Source: Octopus sinensis (lineage: Eukaryota). From it: a stretch of DNA of 64,000 nucleotides. Positions 24,982 through 38,160 of this stretch are shown here, piece by piece. Under the pieces are notes generated by a model. The model worked only from the letters and a program-made list of their open reading frames with translations. It ran no database searches and was not told where the DNA came from. A program made the position numbers and the translations under genes. Numbering within the stretch: position 1 is the first letter of the stretch; each line of letters opens with the position of its first letter. Location of the stretch: positions 129,456,001-129,520,000 of the forward strand of contig NC_042998.1 in the NCBI RefSeq assembly GCF_006345805.1. Direction: 5' to 3'.

Positions 24982-25407
24982 TTATTTAATGAGTATGCTT
25001 TCCTTGTTGAAACGGAATTGGGTTAAAATGTTTCCGGTGCATTGATAGAAAGGGAAGATTTGGTATTTCGGGTTTATGTTTAAGGTGCATTGGTCTAGGT
25101 GTATGCTTACGGGAATTTTCTTAGTCGTGTGGTCCCGGATTTGTTGCCTGTGCACCGTTAGAATGTCCCTTAAGGTTAAACTAATTTGACCTATGTAGTC
25201 TCCACCACACCCTCCATATTTGAGAACATCGATTAAGTTCTCCGTAGCACAGGTGCAGTGATCTTTTATGGTAAAAGTTTGACCTGACTTAAATTTGTAT
25301 GGTGAGCCCTCTAAGAGGAAGATGCAAGTTCTGCACTTAGGGCTGTTACACTTTTTGAGTAGAAGGGTTGTATATTTGGTGGGTAATTTAGCGCTGGCAA
25401 GTAACAT
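24982..25407 (-). mobile_element. Penelope-like element GIY-YIG endonuclease fragment
   Basis: 141-aa ORF with KCNSPKCRTC, CTCATENLIDVLK, DYIGQISLTLRDILTVHRQQIRD and PVSIHLDQC, the typical PLE CCHH/GIY-YIG layout with decayed motifs. Confidence 0.88.
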
Positions 25408-25409
25408 TT

Positions 25410-25805
25410 TTACGGTTCACTTCCGTCCATTATCACTGAAGATTTGGGTATGAGACATGTGCCTACTACGTTTATAACCAAAAATCCTTTCAGCAGACCA
25501 AAATGACATTCAGGTTTCAGTTGCAGTTGATCTCCTTGTTGAATCGAAAACGAGGAAAACTATTTGAAAAGTTTGCGTAGGCCTCTGAGCAGGTATCCCC
25601 ATGACAACTTTCTCTGTCATGGTCAATGCGACGATCACACGTTCCAAGCGCTGCTGTAAGCAGTGGAAGTGAGCTATAACTTTAATACTTAGTGCGCATG
25701 CACAGTAAGATTCAAAGTCAATCTGTGCCAAGCGGTTTTACTCTGCATGCTTTAGCTTTGTTACTATGGCAACAGTTCAGATACTTATTGATCAAACCAC
25801 CTGTA
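25410..25805 (+). mobile_element. Tc1/mariner remnant (transposase fragment plus right TIR)
   Basis: Frameshifted translation GSLPSIITEDLGMRHVPTTFI/KILSADQNDIQVSVAVDLL resembles the mariner region around the WVPHEL-type motif. The end gttcagatacttattgatcaaaccacctgTA resembles a mariner TIR ending at TA. Confidence 0.7.
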
Positions 25806-26285
25806 TTTTATTCTACTTACGACAAACCACACCACACTACGTAACCTGAAGACTAAATACAAAATGAGAGAAGCGAGAAAAGGAATTAGCTACAAAGGGT
25901 ATAATACATAAACCCACCAACACACAAAACACAGATACACATACTAAAGGTGGAATGAGAAAAAAGTAAGTAAATGAATAAGAAAAGAAGAAAAGCCTAA
26001 ATAGAAGACACGGCTACAAACAGTGTAGTAAGCAAACCAATACACACCTACACAAAACATACATGCTAAGCACATAGACACGTGTGCACGCGCGTGCGCG
26101 AAAACAGTGAGACACACTCACACTCACACACACACACATGCAGAAGTAAGCTTATGCACATATAAGGATACATACCACAGAAATATAGATTGGACTAAAC
26201 AGAACAAGAGGAGATACGTGGGATGGAGAGACGCGAAAGAGGTCACAGGATGTGTGACAAAAGATTTCAGGCAAAGGACACTAAA

Positions 26286-26303
26286 GTAATAATAATGATG
26301 ATG

Positions 26304-26351
<48 letters not shown>

Positions 26352-26362
26352 TAATAATAATA

Positions 26363-26396
<34 letters not shown>
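26286..26396. repeat. (TAA)n microsatellite
   Basis: Directly visible. Confidence 0.95.
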
Positions 26397-26397
<1 letters not shown>

Positions 26398-27580
26398 GCT
26401 GAAGTGAAGAAATTGTATATAGGGCATGTGGCTAATTGTCAAAAGAAACCCCCAAAGCAAATCAAAGTAAAACATTATTACCATCCCCAAATAGAACAAT
26501 ATCTATTTCAACACACAATTTCATATGAGGGATCTTGCAAAACAAATATATAACCCCCTGCACCCCCCACACGTACACACATATACAGACACATATACGC
26601 ACGCACACACATATATACATGTAACTCTATGTGTTTATATGTGTATACGTGTGTATCTGTTTGTGTGTGTGTGCGCGCGCGCGCGCGCGTGTGTGTGTGT
26701 TCTCGTGAGAGTTCGCGTATGCCTTTGTGTTTGTGTGTACGTGTACATAATTTGAAATATAAAACTAAACATATCGGTTCGGTAGTCCCGATGTAAGTAT
26801 GTATGTGACGTTAGTGTTCAATTTCCTAACGAAGTATAGTGCGCAATATTCTTCTTGCATGGTATGCGTTTACAAAATATTATGCACCGTAGCCAATGAG
26901 ATGCCCTTCCCGACTCTTTCATTTAGAAGCATACGTTTAGTGCGTAGTTCCGAGTGACATACTCTTGTCTTTCTATAATGCATATTTCCTGCTGCACGTG
27001 TCAATTTATTCTGAAATATGAAAATATTTATTCAACAACCACATACTATTTAATGAACATATAATCCATATTTAATGACCCCTCACCTCATTATTACTAT
27101 ATTGCTTTCATGCCTTTTCATAGATAATAGACTTTCTCCCTTATCTCTCACGTGTGTGTAGTCACATTTTATAACAATCATTTGCAATCCCTTTAGGCCA
27201 TTTTACACCATATTTGTATGCCTATCTATAAACTGCACCATCAATGAACGCATATCTTTACGATTTACATATCTTTTATTGTTTTATGCGACTATATCAT
27301 TTGTTCTTTCTTATCCGGTCCCTTTGTGTAACTTCACCAGCATATCTATGGCGTTACTTCCGGTAAACAATACGTCTTTAGTGATAATTTTCTATCATTT
27401 CATGTTACTTTCAATTATCCATCAGTGTTCTGTTACTGTCGCTCTGTATAGCTTCGATAAATGTGTTTTCTTAATATGTAGTAGGAATCATAACAGTATA
27501 TTTTACACTATATAATATTAATGGAATACATCTACAAATAGTAGCAAACATAAAATTATATTCAGTAATATTTTCCATCT

Positions 27581-27744
27581 TTTACTTGTTTCAGTCATAG
27601 ACTGCGACGATGATGAGACCCCACATTCAAGAATTTTTTGTTGACCCCAGTACTTATTTTTAAGTCTGGTACGTTAGCTATCAGTTTCTTTTGCTGAACC
27701 GCTAAGTAACGGGAACGTAAACACACCAGCACCGGTTGTCAAGC
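27581..27744 (+). mobile_element. SINE family B 3' part
   Basis: tgtttcagtcat...gaaccgctaagtaacgggaacgtaaacacaccagcaccggttgtcaagc, homologous to 53194-53410. Confidence 0.7.
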
Positions 27745-28483
27745 TAATTCACCTAGAAAGCAATTTCTATTGTAATAGCTTATCTGATCTTGTACGAATT
27801 TGTTATAAATCTTTATATCCCTCCAGCCCGAATAAGCCCCATCTAGCTTTTTTAATTGTTCATGACTCGTTAGCTGGTCATAGATTGTGATCAGTCGCCT
27901 TAACTGCAACCTTTAGTTTAATCTTCTGCACAGCGTTCAAGCTTTCTGTTGCGCAATAGAGAACTGAAATTATTGTTTATTTCTCATGTTTCGTGAATAT
28001 CTACCGGACTTTCCTAATAACACTAAGGAGATCTTACACAGTAGCTCTCAATCACGACTCTAACTACCTCTCAATATCGAGAATTCTTTCAATACCTCGT
28101 ATTCAATACCTCGTAGGCACCCCAGTCCGAACTTAATGGAATTAAATCCTCTACCTTCTTATCTTCATAAACAGATTTTTGTTGTGTTATGGCCTGTATC
28201 TGCTTGTCATGTATTCTTATTAAATACGTATCTACGCGGTTTGTAATTCATACATACCGGTCGGTCGTATAAGCTGTGTGCTGCCTTTGTACACTCTACA
28301 AATAAGACAGTGAATATTACAGTTACATGCTATGCAATATATACTATACTATTACATATATGTATATAAAAATGCGTATGTACATGTATATGCATACATG
28401 TATGTTTCTATACATATTCGCACACATACACACACATATATATAATATAAATATATATCTACATACACATATGCATACATACA

Positions 28484-28515
<32 letters not shown>

Positions 28516-28599
28516 AACTTCACTGAATAAATGCGGTTAAAAGCAGCAAGAAATGAGATCGGAACTGAATTGAAAATTATACTCAACAAATATAGAGGA

Positions 28600-29260
28600 A
28601 AGAATATTTACTCGAAAGCCGCTATACTGCATGACTTGACGGAGAGTAGTATACACCAGAATGTGAAACACCAATGGCAAAATAACTTTATGTTAAAAGC
28701 AGCAAGTCTGATATTATGGTACAGCATCAATGCTTAACCAAAACGAAATACAAAAACAAAGTATAGAAACGGATTCTAATATGAAGTGCAACCCATGCAA
28801 TCGTCACAATAGGGGTTTAGCCGCATCATTTCTAACTACTCAGCCCTTGCCAAGTTCAAAGATGTTGAAAAGCATGATCGAATGCACAGCTAGGCTCACT
28901 GCACAATATAGAGACAGGTGCAGGTGAAAACTGTTATGGGGCAGTATTGAAGTATATCAAAAGAAGGTACATGACAATAACTATACGACACTCAGCTTGG
29001 AAGTGCCTGCTAAACTGATAGAAAGATCAACACAAATGGACCAGTGGTAATTATCAAGGACCTGAAAGAAATGTAAAAAAAATTCCCAATATGTGAAATA
29101 ATTATTACTGGTAATAATTGAAAATGTGAAAACACAGCAAATAGGAATTTCATATAAAATATAGAAACAACTCATTCTCTTCAAAGCAGATTCTTCAATC
29201 TTGCACACGATCCAAACAATAACCCTGCTAATCACAGCCAACATCCTGCGCTAAATATTT
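28600..29260 (+). mobile_element. Highly decayed R4/Dong-type (RLE) non-LTR retrotransposon C-terminal region
   Basis: Broken translation IISNYSALAKFKDVEKHD (resembles HIISGCSALAK.EY.KRHD of the CCHC knuckle) and VIIKDLKE (PDIV region). Confidence 0.45.
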
Positions 29261-29649
29261 TCAAAGCATCAGCACAAGTCATACAGTACACTTTCTGCAC
29301 GGAACGCATATAACTGTAACACAAACAAATCATACAACTCACATTGTATGTAGTTGACATCTATTAATATTCCAGAAGTCAAGCGGCACATACTTTATAC
29401 AGTCAACATCTCAAACACAGTAACAATCAGATAGCACATACAAATCACAAGCAACATCCGAAAAATACCTCTCGCATTCTGCATTCTCTTTACAGTAAAT
29501 AGATTATTAAAATAACAGTAGAAACAACACAATAAATGTCACTACAAAGAAATATAGTTAGCAAACAATTCTATAACCATAAAAGTCAATGCTGTTCACA
29601 CCTCAGGAGCTCGGAGGCGTAACTGGTGAGGTCATAAAAACTTCACTAA

Positions 29650-30010
29650 AATTGGTGAAAACATGATGACGATGTTGATGAGGATGGCGATAACGACAAC
29701 AATAATAATGATAATATAACAACGATACAGCTGCAGCAGATTCGAAGGATGATGGTGATGATTATGACGATCTGATAATGATAATGATAATGATGATGAA
29801 GACAGGAAGGTGGAGGTAGCGGTGATGGTTCCCACTATTAACACTAATCAGAATCATCTAATACTAATATTGAAGACGAGGTGAAGACGATGATGATGTT
29901 TATGTTGTTGATGATGGTTGAGGTGATGGTGATGGTAGTGTTGGTAGCGTTAGTGATGATGATGAAAATAATGATGAAAATGCTGCTTCTGAAGATGATG
30001 ATGTATTTGA
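29650..30010. repeat. Degenerate (GAT/GGT)n low-complexity tract
   Basis: Directly visible. Confidence 0.85.
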
Positions 30011-31237
30011 GGGTGCTTCCATGCTCATAGCAATATTTCTGTTATTTGAATTCTTTAACTATGCGTCCGAATGTTAATTAATACTATTCAACGTAAACTG
30101 TTGAATGTGTTGACATTGCCTCGTTATAAATTTTTATGCTTCAATGTTTAAGCTTTAGCATATAATTTTATCATTATTATTATTATTATTTTTTATATTT
30201 GTGAAGTATTAACAAACATAAATTAAACCAAGAAAACTACAAACTAAGGTATCGTTCTTTGAAATACTAATTAGAGTATTTTAGCTGAAAGTCATGTCAT
30301 CCATACTGTAGAAAATCTTGGAAATTGATGAGTTGAGATGGGGTGTTATGTGAAAGTTAAAACTGATTTTGCCTTCAGATAACACTTTTCGTAGCTATTT
30401 TGAAGATTCCTTAACATACAATAATTTCATTTTCTTCCACTGATTACTCTTTCCTCTATTGGTGAGTAAAAATATAATATTCGATTCAATAACATGACCC
30501 GGTAGATAGTACTGAAAATAATGTCACCATTGTCTTCAAAGTATTTATCACGTATTTTAATTTTTAATTAAGACACATTTATGCAAAATTAAGACAAGAG
30601 CCAGAACATCGCTGTTTGGTTTGCTAGAAATAGGAGTCAATTTGTTTTAAATTGTACCTTAGCAAAGGATAAAGTGAATAATATAGTTGTCAGGACAGTG
30701 TATCTCGACAAAGAAGATGGTCGTGGGTGGAACGTTTTGGTTATTGATAGGTTCGATAATGGCAGACCTGGTATTAAACAACGAAAGTAAATTTAAATGA
30801 TTGGGGTTCCAACATTGAATGACTATGAGACAAATTTAATTTAATACTTAGCCAAAATATTTATTTGAGAATAGTAAAATGATTATAAAAGTTGAAATAA
30901 AGAAATGAAGTCGACGCTAACTTGGAGTTCTAATATATATCGGTTTCCTGTTTACTACGCGGTTAGTTTTCCTGTTCGCCATGCAGTATTTTCAACTAAC
31001 TGTTGTCGCTGAAATACCAACATCAAACCGCTATGCGGTATGACCTTTCTCGACCAACTGTAAGCTAACATCCAGTTGTAAACCTTGAATCGAACCCACA
31101 TTCATACTCCGATGGCCGAAGACTAGCCACACGCTTGAACTCAGAGTACCAAGGAATCTGAATCAAACTGTTTTGATCTATACATATAACTCACAATAGA
31201 TGTATTGAGTGCCCTCCTTTCGCTTGTCTACTCATTC

Positions 31238-31274
<37 letters not shown>

Positions 31275-31280
<6 letters not shown>

Positions 31281-32245
31281 TAAACAGTAAAAATAATTAC
31301 AGACATGGACAAGAACATGAAACACCACAGAGACGACACAAGAACCACAGGACGGGACATTCGAAGCCCTCAGTCATCAGTCAAGAGCCAGATCATCTTA
31401 GCAATTTCGGCTGATTAATCTTGAGATTGCTCCGATATGGCCAGCCCGCCAAGGGAAATCTAAGCCAAGCGCATTAGATCCCCTGGAAGAAAGCTTCGAA
31501 TGTATACAACACGAGGACGGAAAACGAACGAAGTACACGAACAAAAATACAGAATACGTGACACCAATAAGAATACAAAAACGTAAAAACAATAACGGTA
31601 AAAATAAAAAATAAACAACAAAACAAAACCAGGACGTAGGACAAGGTCTTTCGACAGGACGAGTTGAGTATGGGGCTGGTTGTGAAGTTGTGCCTAATGG
31701 CCGCAGGGAGACGAACAAATACGTGTTGCTTCTGCGACTGCTGAAACGAAAAGAGCGCTCAACAGCGGCTAGCGGTCACGTGAGAACAAAAGACAGGAGA
31801 AAGGGACAGATGAAAAGAGAGAGAAGGTGGACGAGGGAGGAGAAGAAAGAGACAGATCGAGGGGGCTGGAGGTGAGAGATATAGAGAAACGTAGAAGGGG
31901 GGGGGAGACGGATGGAGAGGGAAAGAAAGGAAGGGGAATAAGGGAGGAGAGAGAGAGAGAAAGAGACAGATTAAGAGTCGTATCAATGCTAGAGAAAAAA
32001 TATACTTATCGTATAAGGACAATTGTGGATACGTAGCCGCCGATTATATAGGTAAACAGTAAAAATAATTACAGACATGGACAAGAACATGAAACACCAC
32101 AGAGACGACACAAGAACCACAGGACGGGACATTGGAAGCCCTCAGTCATCAGTCAAGAGCCAGATCATCTTAGCAATTTCGGCTGATTAATCTTGAGATT
32201 GCTCCGATATGGCCAGCCCGCCAAGGGAAATCTAAGCCAAGCGCA
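31275..32245 (-). mobile_element. Partial tandem (about 1.26-mer) of a 772-bp non-coding monomer with near-identical ~200-bp terminal direct repeats (PLE-like)
   Basis: 31275-31473 and 32047-32245 differ by one base seen by eye (ttcgaag/ttggaag). The left end runs into (TA)n. A CTGATGA remnant lies on the minus strand. Confidence 0.7.
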
Positions 32246-34589
32246 CATACACACACAAACTCACACAGACACGCACACAGAGACACACATGTATCCATGC
32301 ATAACGGTATTTGCAAGAAAGCCAACGGTACATTAAGATAACAGCAACATGTGCATCAAACCAAACATATATACCGTATGGAAATCTGGCCTTTGTCTAA
32401 GGAAACATCTGGTCATAGATACGATGTGATGAAAGCACAATATATTTTGCAGCGAGTAGAAAATCGTCCCACCCGTGACTCAGGAGATTTATGGGACAGT
32501 CTGTAACCTTCTTGGGTCTTGTGAATACCGTATGGTCGATTGTTAAACGAGTATATTCCCGTCTGATATACAGTACAAGGTATGTACATTCACGTAAATA
32601 TAACATAAAAAGATACAATGCATTGGATTTGTCTCAGATAAATCTCTTCATAATCATGTTGGATTAAAAATACGATCTATATCGGAACGAGGCCACCATG
32701 GTCCTTGTAGTGACTTACATGGGCGCCGGACCCATTTCAACCTTCTTTCAGCAATATCAGTGAATGTGATATACTTGTTCGTTTAATTTCCAATCGAAAA
32801 TATCATCATTGTAACTTTTTACCGGTAATGCTCGCGTAATTATTAGTCCTGTTGCCTTATTCATTGTATTAACACTTCTTAAAGTATAAATTTAATGAGT
32901 CTATATTATTTCATCTTAATCTATTCTTTCCTCTTTATGCGCTAGATAGTGTAAAATTCATACCTTATGACTAATGAAATGTCGATTTTCTTGGCTCTGA
33001 ATTCCTTCATTTAAATACCCCATTAACAAATTAATTCGATAAATTTCAAAATTGCAGATGGTGACATTTGACGAACAAAAATGAGAGGTGTGATATGTAT
33101 GTAAAAACGTGGAAGTCAAGAAGTGGAAAATTCCTTTCATATTCTCCAGATGATGTTTTACTGCGATAGTTCGACGTGCTAAAATAAAGCGGGAAATATT
33201 AAAAGCAGAGGTTTTGCCACCTGCGTCGCAACTATCCGCGTTAGCAGTAACAATTTGAAGAGCAGCAAAAGTAACAATCACAAAAAATAGTAACTATATA
33301 AGAAAGCAACAACATCAACAACAACAAAGACGACAAAATCAACGCGACCAGCAACGTGTATGCCACGACCTTTACCATCAGGTAGTAGACATCGATTACG
33401 GCTTCGGACAATACGAAAAAAACATAAACAAACGCACGTCCATTCAACACCGACGCTGTCAAAATTTCTACTACCACATGATAAATTAAAATACAGAATT
33501 GGAAGTGCAGACACTATCATCAAAAATAGATATGTCAATAATCAACGAAAACGTTTACAATATAAATATAGTACTGGGTTTTAGTCTTCAAGGGTCATAA
33601 ATAAAACGGAAAAGCTATAAAAATATTACAAGAGGAATGTGTTTCTATATTTTTTGCATTTTCTTACATCAAAACTCTTCTGCAAAAAATGAAACTGTGA
33701 GTGAATTTTCGGACAATCTTTGTAGAGAAAATAATCCTGATTTCAAAGTAAGTTTTGGTTATTAACAGAATAGCTAATTTAAGAAGTTAAATTAAAAAAT
33801 AAACAGAAAGATATTACACTCAGAAAAAGAAATCTCAAGAGAAAGAACATGTTATGAGTACACAAATAATCAACAAAAAACAAACAAGAATAAAAGCTCT
33901 GAACCTTTCAAATTGAAAACATTCAAGAACCTGCAAAGTCCATGAGCTCAACAATTTATTTTAGACTACGGGAATAAAAAGTAAAGGAACCAACAGAAAT
34001 CAAATCAATGTTTGAGAAAAACTGAAACGTGAAACAACAAAAACAAACCCCCCAAACACCTGCAGAATTCTGAAAAACAGAAACCGAAAAAAAATAATAA
34101 AAACAATGAACAAATGGAAATATTAGAAAGATTTAAGAATAGAACATTTTTTAAATAGAAGAAGTAGTTAAATAATTAAAATCCTTAGATGTTGCAATGG
34201 TTCAGCGAAGTAACTTCTAACGATAATAAATAACGATAAAATGGCAAAAACAGTTACAGTAAGGAAGCCTTTCCAGCGCAGAACTAAAGTAAAGAAATGA
34301 AATCAATATCATGAGGTGACACCAAATAATATGAACAGTAATATAAAGGGGATACAAAGGTAACTTGATTCCCCCTCACATATATTCATATAAGGATATC
34401 AATACCCAAGCAATCACAGTAGAAAACAAACATGCAAAAATAAATTAACAAATTGAAAAGATATTTCGAACTATAACTTAATCAATAACAAAAAGACATA
34501 ATTAAAGAACAAAGGAGAGAGAAATGCTGTAAAAGTATGATATAGTCAAGAAAGGGTCTGAAATGAAAGGAAGCTTGATACGCTAAATA

Positions 34590-35440
34590 GTATTTTTAAT
34601 GTTCCTGCTTTCTATTTGTGTTACCTTACTCATGACTGATGTGTTCGGGATCAATATGCGGGCAACACTATTAAAAACGTTTTGGTAGTTCATCTAAGCC
34701 ATAGTAAAAACTTTTTAAACAAATCATGGATTAAATATATTTCTTCTCCACATTCGAACATACACACTAAATTGCAAATCGCATGTCGTTTTAATTATCA
34801 AAAAAGATGATTTTACCAAGAAGTAGTTAAAAACTAGATAGAGATCAATGCTGCACCAACAGAATGTGATGCTGAATTCTGAAGTGTATTTTGTTTTAGT
34901 TCAACAAACGAATTTAACAACGAATGTTTTGCAATAGAACAGTTATAGGAAGCAATAAAAGGAAGAACAGAAGCACTATTAGACAATATCATGATAAAAT
35001 CTCAAAATTTTGTTGGTATATTTAACAACCTCCATGGAAAATAAACCACACAGGATACTGGTTGGCCTCAGAGAGGGTAAAAACGTCCTTCTTTATGATC
35101 TGGATTAACGAAAATGCATAATCGAATATCTATAGACCGATTAATTATTTATATTATGAAAATTATTCTAACTGAAATATTATCAAATGAGGTAAAGAAT
35201 TACTTGGGAAAATAAGTATATTTCTACATCAAAAGTTATGCTGCATTGAAACATATGAATGTAAAGATAATGGTATGTTCGAATGTGGAGAAGAAATATA
35301 TTTAAACAAATATAATTTGTTCAAAACTTTCTTAATATGGCTTAGATAAACTACCAAAACGTTTTTCATAGTGTGGCCCGCATGTTCATCCTGAACACAT
35401 CAGTCATGAGTAAGGTAACACAAGCAGGAACATTAAATAC
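34590..35440. mobile_element. Fold-back element with ~230-bp diverged inverted arms and a ~360-bp spacer
   Basis: tgttaccttactcatgactgatgtgttc / gaacacatcagtcatgagtaaggtaaca and aaatatatttcttctccacattcgaacatac / gtatgttcgaatgtggagaagaaatatattt. Confidence 0.8.
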
Positions 35441-36971
35441 ACCATGATTAAATTGGTAAGCAGTTCTGCATTCAAAAGCAAGGATAGAGTCAAAAGCTAA
35501 CGTGATTTCTATCAGAACATAAATAGAAATGCATTACTTCCTGTCTTATTTCATAAACTTTAAACTGACATTTTAAACCGCAGTAGACTTGAATAAAAAT
35601 GTTATGAGAAGACAAACAAGCATCGAACTAAACACTTTTAGAGGCTATCTTAAAAACCGGCTGACTATAAAAGTATGAAGTGACAGTCACAGTAATCTGG
35701 CTGCGCTGGAAATACACTCTGCAATAATTCTCAGTTCCGTTCCTCTGCAAGTTGTTAGGATGATATAAATAAAATATTTGTCGAATATTCCACGCCAGCA
35801 TAAATTTCATGTCTTTCAAGATGGAGGTGATTCTTGATCTGTGTTTCTTCCGGGAAGAGTGGGCTCCCTCACTTGTTCTGTGTAGCTATTGTTTAATCAC
35901 GTCTCTATTTCTAGGATTCATGTTCTATTTCTACACGTCTCGTTTGCTACTTGGAAGGTTCCTCGGCTATCACACTACAATGGTACTACTTGGAAGGTTC
36001 CTCGGCTTGCTGATGTCAGTTTGTGAAACTGGGTGTGATGTTATCATCGCTGTTTGAATCAGTATTGTACCGGACAGTGCCGTTGAAGTAGGAGCACAAT
36101 GATGTTGATGATAACTTTGCTGCTTTTCCTTTCGTCGCTTGCAGATGATCCATGCCGTCATCCGTGTAGCAATTAAGTTTTCTGCCTTGCTGAACCAATT
36201 CTTCCGTAACCTTGAAGCAGCACCGCTCGAGTATGTGTTCTGCTACCACCGGGGAATTATTTGAATTGTATATTCATTGAGACAAGTCCTCTCGGCATGT
36301 CATTTCTGGACGTCTCTGCACTTAGACACAGCCCGAATTCCATTACAAGGGCGACGAGTGACAATGACACCATCACCAGCGAAAAACAAACAGCATGGAC
36401 GTGTAACAGTGAACTGCCGAGAAAATAGATGATATCTGAAGCCATCATGAAGCAGGAATTAAGAATCCTCAAAAGCAATGAAAGAAAACTGTTTTAATGT
36501 CAGCCATCTCAGGAAACTGAAAGATTTTTCTTGTATGGAGAATATATAAAAATAGCTTCCTTCAGATGCCCCACCACAGCAAAACAAAACGTGCATGAAC
36601 ATGTAAACACATTGACTACAATACCTCTATACGAAAACTGCAAAGCTGTAAGTAAAATTTTAATCACATATGCAACCATATCTATATCTGTACAAATCCT
36701 CTTTATATATAGACATTGCTGTTTCTTCTCGGTCTCTCGTTTATACAACAGTAATAATTATAAATACGAAAGAAACATCAACACATGTCCATGGGCAGTA
36801 TTCTATAAAAACGGACCCATCTCTTAATGCCACTGCCCGAACAAAAAAAAAAAAAACGATGGACAGATAATCACGAATACAATGAAATGGTTGATTTATG
36901 ATTTACACACGCTACTATGCAACACTCCTCCACAACAACTCTGTTATGAGTATAATAATAATAATAATAAC

Positions 36972-37020
<49 letters not shown>

Positions 37021-37413
37021 GTAACAATAATAATATTTATCTAACTAGGGCGTCCTGAGGGACACCCTAAAATAACAACAACAACAAAAACAACAACATC
37101 ATCATCATCAACAACAACAACAACAACAATACTAATAATGGAAACATGGGTGGTTCATTCAATATCTTTAACCAATCCCTAATTTAGGACCTTTTGAGCG
37201 GAATGGGCTACTCGACCAGAAGAAAGCTCTAACTGGGCACACCTACAAAGTCATGCGCTGTTTATCTTGATATGAGATCACCATATCGCACACATATGGT
37301 TGTGATGCATGTGCCTGGTGTACCCTTATCAGACGGGTAGTCATGATGGGCATACTGGGCTTTGTATATTTTACCACAATGTTACTTTGGTGGCATGCAC
37401 AGCTCATTCACTC

Positions 37414-37456
<43 letters not shown>

Positions 37457-37457
<1 letters not shown>

Positions 37458-38007
37458 ATTCCTTAAAAATTGCGCTGTGGCTAATAAGGCTGCTTTTTTG
37501 CAAGAGATCAATATTGCATGAGATTTCCAGTTGCCTTAAGAAGTTTTGAAGTTTCAATGAGATTGAGACCAATGCTTCGATCACTACTGGTATCACTTTT
37601 ACTTTACCCTCTCGCTGTCCATATAGTCTTGCTATTTATTTCCACTTTTAATTCGGAGTACTTGGTGATTTTCTCAACCTCTTTACTCACAACATTCACA
37701 TCATTTGGTATGGCTACATTAATGATCTGACAGCATTCGTCTCTCCTAATCAATATGACAATATCCGACCGACGGTGTTCGATTAAACGATCCGATTGAA
37801 AATCATAGTCCCAGAGTATCGTTACTCGTCCATCCTCCTGAATAACTTTACTTGGTATATGCTCATATCAGTTCTCTGTTATTTCATAATGGTTTTTACG
37901 GCATAAGAGTCAATGAAGATATACACGCACTTTATCATGGCGGCACTTGTATTCTTTTTGTGCGAGGCTCTCACATCCACTTACCAAGAGGGTCACATTG
38001 TCTGCTC
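37457..38007 (-). mobile_element. R4/Dong-clade non-LTR retrotransposon 3' end (CCHC knuckle and restriction-like endonuclease)
   Basis: Translation across frameshifts: VSGCESLAQKEYKCRHDKV...VTILWDYDFQSDRLIEHRRSDIVIL...INVAIPNDVNVVSKEVEKITKYSEL...KVIPVVIEAL, followed by an (ATT)n tail at 37413-37456. Confidence 0.88.
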
Positions 38008-38017
38008 TTTCATTCGT

Positions 38018-38160
38018 CTTAACTTTCTGAGTTCAAATTCCTAGAATTCGATTTTGCCTTTCATCCTTTCGGAGTCGATAAAATAATTACTATGGTCGAT
38101 GTAATCGACTCACCTTTCCCACCGAAAGTGTTGGCATTGCGCCAAAGTTTCAAGTCAGTA
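38018..38160 (+). mobile_element. SINE family A fragment
   Basis: ttctgagttcaaattcc...ttgcctttcatcctttcggagtcgataaaataa. Confidence 0.7.

Noticed and set aside
32440-32585. Segment bounded by acceptor- and donor-like sites
   Set aside because: Stops in all three frames.
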